DNA from: Novakomyces olei
Taxonomy: Eukaryota
Direction of reading: 5' to 3'
NCBI GenBank assembly: GCA_016906335.1
Contig: JADEYG010000007.1
Span: forward strand, 992,001-1,056,000
Length of the DNA: 64,000 nt
Shown here: piece by piece, positions 26,535-38,904 of the stretch
Position numbering within the stretch: the first letter of the stretch is position 1
Layout of the letters: each line of letters starts with the position of its first letter
The notes under the pieces: model-generated
What the model saw: the letters and a program-made list of their open reading frames with translations, nothing else
The model's database searches: none
What the model was told of the DNA's origin: nothing
Translations under genes and position numbers: made by a program

Positions 26535-28677
26535 CTAACCCAGTAAATTTTTAATTGCTTGCAGGGCAGCCAGGACCTTTTCGTCTTGGTTGCGGCGACC
26601 AACGACCTGCAAGTTTATTGGAGCATCCTTGTAATCCGCTGGGGCGTCTAGAAAAGAATTAGCAATCAATAGAGACAAAAAAGGTAAGAAGAACAAAACA
26701 ATTAGAAAAAGTCTGACAAGAAGACAGGAATCAGATAAAAGCACAGAAGTCAAATATTGTAGACAAAAAGACAATTAAAATAAAACACTATAATGTTGCG
26801 CGGAATAGATATATTGTCGGATAATCATAAGCATATAGCAATAGCTTTAAACAACAATAAAGTTTACTTACAAGTCTTGAACTGAAATTCATCATGCGCA
26901 TTCTTTGGAGTATATCCCGCTGGGTACTGATCATCAGGCCGGACAAAAGTGACGGGAAAAACCGCGGCTGGATAATCAAGCAGATTCCATAAAGAATGGT
27001 AATTCCAATAAACGGACTCATTCAGTTTTGGAGCAGGCCCTACATGAGCTGGACACAAGATGACGTCTATTACTTTTCCGTTAGCATCAGCAGTAGCATT
27101 CCATTCGGCACAGTATTTGGTACGGAAAGCTTCCCGTTGTAATATTAAGGCACGTGCTTCTGGCCAGCTCTGCTTTTTAACTCCAGGCTGAGAAAGAATA
27201 AATTCTGACAAAGGTCTGACTTCTTCTCCAGTAGAAGCCATAATTGCCCTTTCCTCTTCTCCACCATTCTGATAATACAACCGGCTTATTAGAGGCCAAG
27301 TTGTTTCCGGGTCCGGTGTTACCCAGTCTTGCACATGAGCTCCGGCTGCTTTAAGTTTGTCTACAGCCTCTTTAAGAGCTCGAACCATAGGGGGCTGTGG
27401 AGTAACTACTCCGTCCGTCCACATGACTCCAATACGAAGCTCGGGGACTGTAATTTTTACGGGCGTCCAAGGCAGAGGGGTCAAGCTCGGGTCGAGAAAC
27501 CAGGGCTCTTGATCAATCAGTGTCTTCATGAAAAGAGCAAGATCTTCAGGTCCGCGAGACAGTGGGCCGATAACGCCAATAATACTCTGTCTGCCCTTCT
27601 GTGTTCCGTTTGATCCCATTGCGGAAATGCGTCCTACTGTGGGTCGCAGTCCGTAGACCCCGTTGTTAGCTGCGGGGCAGCGGATACTTCCGCCAATATC
27701 TAAAAGATGTTAGCTTTGATTCTAGGTTTTCGATCTTGTAAGTCTAATTCTTGGTTTCCTCTTCACTTCTTTTTGCCAAAAAAAATATAAAACTCTTGAC
27801 ACTGATATCAGATAAGATCCACTCTGCCCATTCCACTTGGTTATTAAAAAATATCAGCAGTAAACTCTTGCACCATGTTCAGTTTTATTTGTGGACGTCC
27901 AATCACTGATTGATATTTGCTGGCTTTCTTCTTGCTCTTTAATTTGCTTACCGGTACCAACGCCGAGCACGCTTCCCTTTATACCCATGAGAGCGCCCTC
28001 ACCGCCAGAGCTGCCGCCGCATGTAAGCTTTCGATTGTAAGCATTTACTGATACACCAGAAACATTGTTAGAAGTTTCCAAATGCATTATCGTTTGAGGT
28101 TGAGTTGTCCGGCAATAAAATACTGCACCTGCTTTGTGCAAGCATGCCAGCGTCACATTATCCGCCGATGGAACTGAATTGATCCAGGCTACAAAGCCGG
28201 CGTTACAGGCACGGCCTTTTAAATGTAAATGCTCCTTTACCGATACTGGCACTCCGTGTAAAGGTCCCACTGGTTTGCCGGTACGAGCTAAATGCTCATC
28301 GAGTTCACGTGCTCTTGCTATTGCATCGTGCGTTAAAAACTCGGTGCAGCAATTGATCTACGATTAGGCTTTGCTTTGAAAATATTGATGATCGTAAGAA
28401 GAAAAATGAATAATTTTATTTAAATATCGCATACCAATTGCTGAGCAATACCGGCTCGTTTGAGGAAAGCGACTACAGTAGCCTCGCTGGTAAAAGTGCC
28501 ACTGGCAATTGCAGTGGCCAGCTCTTGAGCGGAATAGTTTTCGGTTATATCAAGCTCCTTGTCGGACAGGAGGCCGCACGTACGTGGGACGGAAGTCACA
28601 TTAAGGACGTCCTTGCCAGGTAACTCGGGCAGCTTTGCGCCTTCAATCAAAGTCTCGGCAGGTAAAGCCTGCACCAT
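26535..28677 (-). CDS. Amidase signature enzyme (acetamidase/general amidase)
   Basis: GPLHGVPVSVKE, GGSSGGEG, GT|DIGGSIRCPA, PINLQVVGRR; 3 introns. Confidence 0.95.
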
Positions 28678-29745
28678 TTTCAAATCTAGCATTTTTCCAA
28701 AGGTTTATGTAAAGTTTAATTGGTCTAATTGATTAAACTCGCCGTGTTTATCGTGTGTCGTCGGGTCTGTCAGTCTGTGGGTTTGGCTGAAATATTATAG
28801 TATATATAGATGTTATCTCCTATCGGCCAAGTGCGCGCGATTGCACATTAAACTGCTTGAACATGTCTTGTGTGGGCGAGTGAGTATTATTATCGTGCTC
28901 GTTCTATAATAATTCCCTTTTTCCCTATTTATTCTCCGTACCTTGTTTCTAGTATGGTAGGTAGGTAAGCGTGCATACGGCTATCTGAGCCGAATAAGCT
29001 GGCGGCAATTAGAGGTCGTTTGACAGTAAGAGATCAGAGTGGCATTATCCGGTCTCGCAATCTGTGGTGCAGACAGCTCGGCTAACGCTATAAGTGCAAA
29101 ATTTATTCATACATCCTTGTGAGCCGGGATTTAAAAGATAGACGCTGCTGGCTGTCATCTCTGATAACCGCTGCTCAACGTTTAATTACTTCATCTTTTC
29201 GATATGACAGTGGCTCACCATCGATAAAGACTGAGGATGGTGAAGCTTATTTAGAGTGAGACTTAGTGTATGCGACCAATAAACAATTATAATCTGTCTG
29301 AGCCTCAAAAGTACGCTCAACCTTTTGGAGGTTTGCCGTACGGCGCCAACGTAGCATAGTTCAAAAGTAATACGGTCAGTAATACGTAGTAAACTTGACG
29401 TGATAGCACAATGTGGGTTACACCTCGCTGAGACGCAAAGCCAAGAGCGGAGTCAGGCATTGTTTTACCATTTTTCTTTACAGACAACGTTTATCCCTGA
29501 CTGCTACTAAGTTTTGTACTAGTTTGCTAACGCCATCAATCAGTCGTGAAGCAATAATTAAATCCGACTTTATTATTTTTCTGTGCGCCTGCTATTTAGT
29601 ATTAGGATGCAAAAGCCTTACATCAGTCCAGTACGCACAGTAGCATCGATATTAATTCTTATGCTGAGCAATTGACAGCTGGCAAACCAGTGCTGGTGCA
29701 GTTCTGCACTCCGAAAATTGTGCTCGAGGCAACACATCGAAAGCA

Positions 29746-30897
29746 ATGGCGGATATCTTGCGAATCATGCAATTCCACGACGGCACTTCAAATTCGGTCT
29801 CTTCTACATCGAGTTTGCAGGGAGAATTATGGATTCAGCTTCGTCTCGTTAACGAGCTGGGACTGTTTCGACGCGACTGGCTTGAGCAATGTCGCGAATG
29901 GCGGGTGCCTTTACGCGTTTCGCTGCTGGATGAGCGAATGCGTCAGATCCATAAGCCTGGGCTGTCCGTCATGTGCGAAGATGGGCAAGTGGAGTTTTTC
30001 AACTCAAACAAATTAAAGCTGCGTCTGCAAACATCGTTTCGTGCTTTGTTTTACGTTCTTATTGAGCCGGTTCAATCAGCAATTCCTCACCGGGTCTTGA
30101 ATCTTATATGCGGACCTTATAACGGAATCGACAAAGCCATCAAGTTTGAGACGGATGACGATCTCGTGTACGGGTATCGTCAGCTTTTGCAAACGCAGAC
30201 TTGCCCGCCTCATTTGATAGTACGCGAAGCTCTTGGATCCGGCATCGCTTACAAAGTATGGGATTCAGCACTGTTCACCCTTGACCTTTGTAATGATTTT
30301 ATTAGGTCAAAGACCTCTTTGAGCAATGGCAATTTACACATTCTAGATCTGGGCTCAGGCACTGGCGTAGTCGGGCTGGGTTGTATGCATTTCATGCAAA
30401 ATTGCCAACAGCCTGGCAGTGTTACATTGGCAGAACTGCCAGAATGCACTGGGCTGCTTTATGAAAACGTGGACCGACTACGTGCATTATGTGGCGGGAT
30501 CAAAACAGGTGCAAAATTCAGTGACGTCACTTGGGGCCGGAGGAAAGATGTGGACAAGCTGGGACCGTTGGACCTTGTAATTGCTTGTGATTTAATATAT
30601 GAAATGAGGTGTCTGCCTGACCTTTTATGCACACTTGATCTGCTCTGCCGGCCGCATGTTACGACCATTATTGTGGGCTGCAAGGATAGGGGAATGAGTC
30701 AAGCCCAGTCGGACTGCCTCTTGAGTTTATTACAGGAATACTTTGATTATAAGCCAATGACGGCATCCGTAGCAGGTGCCAGTGACTGCGGCGTTAATTT
30801 ATGGCAACTTTCACGGTCACATTCGCAATCTTTTGGAAAATTATTTGAGAAAATGAAAAATGACCCGCCCCAAGTATGGATGTCGGATCCGATTTGA
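29746..30897 (+). CDS. SAM-dependent protein-lysine methyltransferase (family 16/METTL21-like) with an N-terminal extra domain
   Basis: KVWDSA, LDLGSGTGVVG (motif I), VIACDLIY (DxxY). Confidence 0.8.
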   Translation: MADILRIMQFHDGTSNSVSSTSSLQGELWIQLRLVNELGLFRRDWLEQCREWRVPLRVSLLDERMRQIHKPGLSVMCEDGQVEFFNSNKLKLRLQTSFRALFYVLIEPVQSAIPHRVLNLICGPYNGIDKAIKFETDDDLVYGYRQLLQTQTCPPHLIVREALGSGIAYKVWDSALFTLDLCNDFIRSKTSLSNGNLHILDLGSGTGVVGLGCMHFMQNCQQPGSVTLAELPECTGLLYENVDRLRALCGGIKTGAKFSDVTWGRRKDVDKLGPLDLVIACDLIYEMRCLPDLLCTLDLLCRPHVTTIIVGCKDRGMSQAQSDCLLSLLQEYFDYKPMTASVAGASDCGVNLWQLSRSHSQSFGKLFEKMKNDPPQVWMSDPI

Positions 30898-30937
30898 GTG
30901 TAAAAAAGGTCGAGCATACAATTTTTTTATGATTCTA

Positions 30938-32113
30938 TCATAGCTGTTGTAACGAATCCTTGGCTTTTTCTAAACCTTGAGCAAAATTGTACTGCGCGCT
31001 GAGATTTTGAGCCTGCAAAAAATATGACTTTGCCATCTTTTTGTCGCCCAGAGTAGCGTGCAGTTCACCTAAATTTTGCAGCGCTGTGAGACAGGCCAAG
31101 TTACACTCTGAAAAGTCCCTACGATCCCACTGCCACCATTTCGCAGGCGGAATCTTTTCACGGGTTTCAAGGGCCCTTTTGGCCCATTCTATCGCATTAT
31201 TCAGCATAATTCGTCGCGACTCGGCATCATGCACTTGGCCACGTGCCTGTTGATCTTGCAGGCATACAGATACGTTATTCATTATCGTAAGCCCGTGGCA
31301 GCTTGGATTTTTGGCTGATTCCTGCAGTGCCTTTACGTACAAAGGCAGAGCATATTCAGGATTGCCTCGCATTAAGTAGAAATCAGCAGCATGGTCATAG
31401 ATGTGCATCAGTATATCATCAGAAATAATATTCTCTGGCTCCAGTTTCGCAGCGTTATCGAGTGGTTTCCGGGAAACAACACGCGACAATACCCATTCAA
31501 TACATTGTAATGCTTCATCAGGCTTATTTTGTTCTTCTGCGAGTTCTGAACATTTAATACCCACCATAACGGCCCTTTTTAAAAGTCTTTCGCGCTCGCT
31601 TGGATCGCTGTAGCGTGGGTGTTTTAAAGCACCTTGTAATTCCATAAAAAAGGCTTTATACCACTTGTAAACATCCTGACGTGATTCTGTTTGGTCCATA
31701 ATAACAGCAGCTTGCATTTTCAAGCCCAAGACTTCATTACTGAGCGGGTCCAAACCCTTATTAAGACAGATCGCTAGTGCTTGTAAATAGTTCTTTGTTG
31801 CCTCGACTTTGTCGTCGTACGGACCATTTTTGGCTTCGATAACCTGAGCCTTTCGAATAAACGCCTGTGCCTCCTCGGGAAAGCGCTCTAGCCCTTCTTG
31901 CTGACGGTTCCACCATACGTAGATACCAATCGGCACTGCAAGACCAAAGGCAGCTACTAATCCGTCTAAGCTCAGCCAGTTGTCCCGCAAAGGATTGTAA
32001 GACCGGCCTTTTTGGTGCCGTGTATTTGTGTTCAATGCCCAAGCTTGCCGGGAAACGCAGCGCCGTTTTGGCACAGGGTTTCCTCTGAAACTGAGCCGTA
32101 GTCTAGGAAGCAT
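30938..32113 (-). CDS. Mitochondrial inner-membrane TPR protein (Mgr3/TTC19-like)
   Basis: Basic presequence, single TM, TPR-like helices (ALPLYVKAL, MNNVS, ALQNLGEL). Confidence 0.6.
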   Translation of the reverse strand: MLPRLRLSFRGNPVPKRRCVSRQAWALNTNTRHQKGRSYNPLRDNWLSLDGLVAAFGLAVPIGIYVWWNRQQEGLERFPEEAQAFIRKAQVIEAKNGPYDDKVEATKNYLQALAICLNKGLDPLSNEVLGLKMQAAVIMDQTESRQDVYKWYKAFFMELQGALKHPRYSDPSERERLLKRAVMVGIKCSELAEEQNKPDEALQCIEWVLSRVVSRKPLDNAAKLEPENIISDDILMHIYDHAADFYLMRGNPEYALPLYVKALQESAKNPSCHGLTIMNNVSVCLQDQQARGQVHDAESRRIMLNNAIEWAKRALETREKIPPAKWWQWDRRDFSECNLACLTALQNLGELHATLGDKKMAKSYFLQAQNLSAQYNFAQGLEKAKDSLQQL

Positions 32114-32422
32114 GTCTGACGTATGTAGTATATACTTTGGATTGGTTGATTCGCTTCTAATGTATGTAAAGTGTAAATTAAAATTGCAGTTAATTTAGTT
32201 GGAAATACATTCAATAAATGTATAGGTTAATCGTAGTACACTTTAACTACACTTAAACCTTGAATAAACCATAATTTGTACGCTGAGCCCAGATAATAGT
32301 ACATTTTAATAATTTTAGTACCTGAGATAAAAATACGTGTACATATTCTTTACGTTTTATATACCCTCACATATATATAAATATATATATTTTATAAAGT
32401 GTGCTCTTCAATCCTTGTAGCC

Positions 32423-34987
32423 ATGACGGTAATGGATGCGGCGGCGCCAGAGACGCGTGGCAGTATCAAGTCACTGATTAAAGTGATAATTCTAGCCGTT
32501 GTTGCAGGTAAAGGCGACCAATTGATGTGGTGCTAACGTCAAAAGGGGCGGCGGTTGCCTCGCGGCTCTTTTCTGTGATACGTTTTGAATCGATCATTCA
32601 TGAGTAAAGCCAAAAACTTATACTTGATCAATAGCGCTGACTGACTCGGCAGATTCGATCCGTGGTTCAATTTTCGTGCCAGCAAGATTCTTGTGGCTGA
32701 TGGGTTTTACGTAATATAAATTGTGTGTAGTCAATCCAAACTAATTTGAAGGCTTTTTGGAACTGGTTTGACGAGCGTTCATGGTACCCTTTGGGACGGT
32801 AAGTTTCAATTAAATTATTTTATTTTCTCCACCACTTTGCTTTCCCATATATTTTAAAAGCTCTTTCACAGCTTCTCCGAGCGTCAACCACCTTTTCCCT
32901 TTGTTCCTCTATTCCGCCTTTTGATGTAATTTTATCTGTTTCAATTATCTTTTCTTTCTAACAAGTTTAGTGTTGCTGGAGGCACTCTGTACCCCGGCCT
33001 TATGGTCACGTCGGGCATAATCTACAATTTCTTTAAAGCAATTCATTTCCCTATCGACATTCGTAATATTTGTGTCATGCTGGCTCCGGCCTTTTCAGGT
33101 GTCACCGCAGCTGCAGCTTACTTTTTCACTAAGGAGCTTAAAGATGATTCTGCAGGATTATTGGCAGCTGCATTTATTGGCATTACTCCTGGCTACATCT
33201 CTCGATCGGTTGCTGGATCATATGACAACGAAGCAATTGCTATTACTCTGCTTATGGTAACATTTTGCCTATGGATCAAGGCAGTGAAGCAGGGCTCTTC
33301 TTTTTGGGGCGGCCTGACTGCACTGTTTTACTTTTACATGGTGGCCGCTTGGGGCGGATACGTTTTTATCACCAATCTCATCCCACTGCACGTCTTTTGC
33401 CTCCTACTTATGGGCCGATTTTCAGGCAAAATATACGTTGCCTACTCGAGCTTTTACGTGATTGGCACACTTGCTTCCATGCAAGTTCCGTTTGTTGGGT
33501 TTAATCCTATTCGTACGTCTGAGCATATGGCAGCTCTGGGCGTGTTTGGCCTCATTCAGCTTGTTGCCTTTACCGGCTACGTGAGGTCCCGAGTATCATC
33601 TGCCAAATTTCAGACTCTGTTGCGCTGGGGACTCGTGCTTTTAACAGCGGTCGGAGGCACTTCAATCGTATTTCTTACGTACAAGGGTGTAATTGCTCCA
33701 TGGACAGGCCGCTTTTATTCCCTATGGGACACTGGCTATGCAAAGATACATATTCCTATTATTGCGTCTGTTTCGGAGCACCAGCCGCCTGCCTGGTCTG
33801 CGTTTTTCTTTGACTTGCAGATTCTTATTTGGCTCTTTCCAGCTGGCGTTTATATCTGCTTTCGAGAAATGACAGACGAGCACATTTTTGTTGTGCTCTA
33901 CGCCGTCCTTGCCAGCTACTTCTCCGGTGTAATGGTCCGCCTAATGCTTACTCTAACGCCTTGTGTTTGTGTGTGTGGAGCGCTAGCTGTGTCCGAATTA
34001 TTGGACACCTTTCTCAGCAATCAACAGGCCCAGGACCAAACTAAGTCCGAGGATAGCCCTAACCCTATCCATTCCCAATTTTCAAATTTTAAGGCTTTCC
34101 GTGGCCTGTCGAAGAATGTGCCGCGCACGGGGATTTACAATTTTTCTGCACGTATTTCCGTCGTACTCATGTACATTTTTTATCTAATTCTCTTCGTTTA
34201 CCACTGCACCTGGGTTACGGAGAACGCTTACTCTTCTCCCTCAGTTGTATTGGCGAGCCGGCTGGCCGATGGGTCGCAGTACCTGATCGACGACTACCGT
34301 GAGGCCTACTATTGGCTGAGGCAAAATACGCCTTACGATACTAAAGTGATGAGCTGGTGGGATTACGGCTACCAGATTGCCGGGATGGCTGATCGGATTA
34401 CGCTTGTGGACAACAATACATGGAATAACACACATATCGCTACTGTGGGCAAAGCCATGTCCAGCAACGAGGACGTTGCCTACAAAATTCTGCGTCAGCA
34501 CGATGTAGATTATATACTGATTATCTTTGGTGGTCTGATTGGCTATTCCGGAGACGATATAAACAAATTTTTATGGATGGTTCGAATCGCCGAAGGCATC
34601 TGGCCAGACGAGATTAAAGAACGTGATTATTTTACCGACCGTGGCGAATACCGCATCGACGACGAGGCTCCGCCAGCAATGCGTGACAGTTTGCTCTACA
34701 AAATGTCGTACTACAATTTCCACAAGCTATTTCCCCCTGGTCAGGCGGCTGACAGAGTCCGTGGCCAAAGGGCGCCTAGCCAGGCACCCGTGCTTCATAA
34801 CGTGGAAGAGGCTTTTACCTCTGAAAACTGGATTGTCCGTATTTACCGGGTAAAGGACTTGGACAACTTGGGCCGAGACCATCATTCTGTGGCTGCTTTT
34901 GATGAGGGCAAAAAGCGAAGCCGCCGTTTCCGTGGAAAGAAACCGCTTAGCGGGAAAAATAGAGCCAGCGAATTGTACGTCGACTAG
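32423..34987 (+). CDS. STT3: Oligosaccharyltransferase catalytic subunit Stt3
   Basis: ESIIHE|FDPWFN, SVSEHQP, WWDYG, DNNTWNN; 4 introns in the 5' part. Confidence 0.98.
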
Positions 34988-35102
34988 GCAAGCAATGAAA
35001 ACAAAAGGGAAAGATAAAAAAGTTTGATACTAATAACAAATAGTAATGCAGTTTTAGCTCTAGCATATTTGTTTGGTACTGTGTAATTGTAGCAACAATT
35101 GT

Positions 35103-36199
35103 TCACTTATCTCCTACATCAAACCGCGGCTCCCACAGCTTTGCAGGGTTGTCCTGAACAAGTTTTCGCGTCTGTTCAACCCCAACCCACTCTTGTAAAC
35201 GGTCAAAGTCGTACTGAACATCAATCTTGCGATAAGGCAAACGGCCATTAGGCCCAGGCTTGTTGGTATAAGGAGGCGTATGAGGCCAATCTGAAGCCCA
35301 GATGCTCACATCTGGACCAGCAGCAACTACCTGTTTCACATAATGTTGCAATTCTGGTGTACGATCTGCCAACCGATAGAACCCAGATACTTTTACCCAA
35401 ACTGCCTGCCTTTGCAACAGGTCCAAAAGCATTTTAAAATCGTCTTTAAAAGTAGAAGATTTTGATTCTGTCCAGGGCCCAGCATTGGAAAGATGGTCTA
35501 GAACAAACCGTGTACGCAAGCTGCCCAGACGATCAATGTAATTTACGTATTGTAAGGGCAAGTAAGACTCAATGACCCAGTCGAACGGAGCGAGCAGACT
35601 TTCGTACTGGTGAACAAGAGCAGAAAACTCTTCAAAACTGGCTTTGCCTCCAACAGAAGTGAAATTAATCCGCACGCCCCGAATGCCCTGTCTATGTAAC
35701 TGTGCAATATCGGGTGGATTCTGTGGATCGATTACAACGACCCCACGGCTGCCGGGCAAGTGTGCCAGCGCATCTAGCAAGCAGGCATTGTCGGTACCAT
35801 AAGTCGAGGGTTGAACGAGAACAACTTTTCCAAAATTATGGCTCTTTTCAAAGGCTTTCAAATCAGAGACAGAAGCAATTTCCAAATGGTATTTTGCTTG
35901 TGCGCTAAAGGGGAAACGCGACTGATTATTAGCATAAAATCGATACACCATGCAAAGGTAAGTCGTAAAATGCACGTGTAGAAATGAATAATTGAAAAGC
36001 ACAAATTAATCAATCAATCAATCAAGCAATCAAGACTTCATTTTCGAATAATAAAACCACGTACCTCGTCAAAGACGTGGACATGGCTATCCCAAGCCTT
36101 CGGTCCTAAAATCGCATTGCTGCTGCGCCGAGTAGAGTGCACCTGCCCCGGCAGCCTCAATGTTAAAGGTTTCCTAATATTATGTCGCACCGAGCTCAT
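35103..36199 (-). CDS. Amidohydrolase_2 family lactonase-like protein (LigI/PDC-hydrolase-like)
   Basis: WDSHVHVFDE|SRFPF, VLVQPSTYGTDN, GIRGVRIN, VLDHL, WASDWPHT; one intron. Confidence 0.85.
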
Positions 36200-36657
36200 C
36201 GCTTCTTTCAACCACTACTTTACCCGTGCGTCCGTTTATGTCACAAATCAAGATTCAATAGTCAACTTTCCGAGCTTGAAACTGTACATACAAGCAATGC
36301 GCGTGCCTAATCCTCGATTGCACACTATCGCTTTTCGCTTTTCCCACGCGCAGTGTAATTGCGGCTTTGCTTGAATGAGATTGTGCCGCTTGACAGGCAA
36401 CACCGACTGCCAATTATCAGATTGTGTGGGGATTATCAAGTAATCAAATCAGTATTGGAGGATACTCGATAATATCAGAATAATGTTCGCCTGCCAGTTT
36501 AGCAGTATATTGTAGAATGCGACTTTCTGTGACTTGTAACGTTCATAAAAGTGGGCGTTCGTAAGAGTGGGCGTGGGCGTATTTTAAACATTGGCTTATT
36601 TTAAAAAGTGGCTGTTTTATAGTCTCTAGTTTTGAATAATAAATGATAAAATATTGT

Positions 36658-37152
36658 CTAGCTTCTTTTCAAATCGAGTGTGAAAAATACAGTGTTTTCC
36701 AGCGGTGTATCGTAATACTTGTCGCACTTGCAAAAGCCCAGGGACTCGTACAAAAGCATAGGGGTCACCATACTGTCTAGTGTATCGAGCTTCATCGCGT
36801 GGTAGTCTAATTGTCGTGCCTTTTCCACAGCAGCTCGAGCGAGGGCGCGTCCTAACCCTGAACCCCGGTGCGAAGGGCCCACGTAGAGCCTTTTCATTTC
36901 GCATGTTTCCGCGTCGATAATCTGGCGGATCCCCACACATCCCACTGCGTTCCCACTCGTACCATTGTCTCGAGATCGTGCAATCAGTAGCGCGCCACGT
37001 GGCGGCGCATACTTTCCTGGGAACGAGGCCAATTCGGCAGTAAATGATTGGAAGGACAAGTCAATGCCCAATTCTTTGGAATAATCTATAACTAAAGCTT
37101 TAGCTGCTCGAATATCATCCTCCGTCTCACAGTCTCTAATATCATATTTCAT
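36658..37152 (-). CDS. GNAT-family N-acetyltransferase, intronless
   Basis: DLSFQSF...PGKYAPP, CEMKRLYV, RGSGLGR acetyl-CoA motif, LYESLGF. Confidence 0.9.
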   Translation of the reverse strand: MKYDIRDCETEDDIRAAKALVIDYSKELGIDLSFQSFTAELASFPGKYAPPRGALLIARSRDNGTSGNAVGCVGIRQIIDAETCEMKRLYVGPSHRGSGLGRALARAAVEKARQLDYHAMKLDTLDSMVTPMLLYESLGFCKCDKYYDTPLENTVFFTLDLKRS

Positions 37153-37352
37153 TGCGGCCTTTTGAGGTCTTTATTGTCATGCGCTTATCTATCCTTCATA
37201 CTAAAATATAATGGTACAGTGTAGATAGATGTGTGTATTAATTTACACGCAAGTATGTTTAAATAATAAATTAAAACATTTATAGACCCAAAAATAATTT
37301 AATAATTGCTAAGCGACACTTTTTAGCCGATCATATCCCCGCTTGAGCAAAG

Positions 37353-38756
37353 ATGGCCCTTCCATCCTCCATTTACAGCACTACTCCGCCATCTACTCGG
37401 CAGAAAAGAGCTAATGGCAATGAATCGCTGCCTTGCGATCTGTCTGTAGCTCGCAAACTTATTTTCGCCAGGAACGATGATGATTCAATCGACACTCTGT
37501 ACTACAATAACCAGTTTGACAGCGAGGATATAGTATACAGGAAAAACAGAAAGAATCATGTTTATAAGTGTCTCTCCGACTTTGATTACGATGGGCCGCA
37601 CTGCCATTTATATGGTATCGACAGCTCTTTGGCGAGTAGCGACAACGTAGGAAGCCGTGACCGCTTCTCCAAGGCAAACAGTATTAGCGGCACATCCTGC
37701 TCATGTATTACTGCCGATTCAAAGAAAGCAATACACTACTTTTCCAACAAGGAAAATATAGGCACAGACTTTGGCGAAAACATCAAGCATCAGTTCCGGA
37801 CTAGCCAGCTACCCGGAAAAGCGTCTCTCCCGACATTAAGCGGCTCAATTAAAGAGCAAAACAGCCCTTCAACACCAGCCAAAGCTCCACGGAATTTTGC
37901 AGATAAAGAGGCAGAGTCTTGTCCAAATAAAATCAATTCCATTGTGGACTTGTCTCTACGAGAAGCTCAGATCCAATTTTGCAATCGCAATCAGTACCAA
38001 AGTAAAGAAGGAGTGTCTCGATCCTATTTCGAAAAATCGGTGTTTGGCTCAAACACACGTGAGCCACGTCAGTTGTCACAACCTTTTGAAAACCCAAAAT
38101 TCTCGAAAACTTCAGCAGAAATTTCCCAAAAATCGGAGTCAACGCAAACTTCAAAAGTATCTGGAATGTCCCAGCTTTCAAACCTGTCGCAAAGCTCAGT
38201 CTTTTCATCCCGCACACTGAAGAGGATACAATGGCGTAACAGTAATCTTTTAGCCGCCTTGGACGATCACAAAATTTGCTCGCAGCAATGGGCAGAGAAT
38301 GAATTGCAAAAGCATTGTGTTTTCCACGATCAAATTCCTCATTTTGACAAATTGACACTTGTGCAACTGGCAGAAATTGCAACTCAAAAATGGACTGAAT
38401 TGGAGGAAAAGCAAGGCACACTAAAACAACTTGGATTTCAAGTATATATTGATGCAAAAATTCGAGCTGAAAAAAGCAATTGCGCTCTATGCAGTTTTCC
38501 TGAAGTATTCCTTCAAAAGCTTTGCAATGATGCTCGTTTTTATAAAATTCCAATACAGTATATTTTTGAGGCTCACCACAAAGTTCTCAGTCAAGCTTTT
38601 GCCCACAGCCAGGTGCAGCTTAAAAGATTCGAGTCTTGCGTCGGACCGAACGATAAACTCCTACTGCAAAAGCAAAGAGATAGACTCGTTATACTGCAGA
38701 TGGAAATGGAAATCACGGCCCTCCTTGATCCGAAATCGTTTTCTCTATCAACATAA
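37353..38756 (+). CDS. Hypothetical protein with disordered N-terminus and helical C-terminal domain
   Basis: 467-aa uninterrupted ORF following an AT-rich promoter. Confidence 0.7.
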   Translation: MALPSSIYSTTPPSTRQKRANGNESLPCDLSVARKLIFARNDDDSIDTLYYNNQFDSEDIVYRKNRKNHVYKCLSDFDYDGPHCHLYGIDSSLASSDNVGSRDRFSKANSISGTSCSCITADSKKAIHYFSNKENIGTDFGENIKHQFRTSQLPGKASLPTLSGSIKEQNSPSTPAKAPRNFADKEAESCPNKINSIVDLSLREAQIQFCNRNQYQSKEGVSRSYFEKSVFGSNTREPRQLSQPFENPKFSKTSAEISQKSESTQTSKVSGMSQLSNLSQSSVFSSRTLKRIQWRNSNLLAALDDHKICSQQWAENELQKHCVFHDQIPHFDKLTLVQLAEIATQKWTELEEKQGTLKQLGFQVYIDAKIRAEKSNCALCSFPEVFLQKLCNDARFYKIPIQYIFEAHHKVLSQAFAHSQVQLKRFESCVGPNDKLLLQKQRDRLVILQMEMEITALLDPKSFSLST

Positions 38757-38904
38757 CTTCAGTATTGCTTCAAGAATCTTTAGCTTCGTCGATGTATTTG
38801 TACATAGAAAAAACATTGGCGCGAATAAGGGTTCCGTTGATCTATACAATTCATCCTTTAACAAATTCACGCTCTCTTTGGTATCAATTTACGTTTTCAT
38901 GTAC

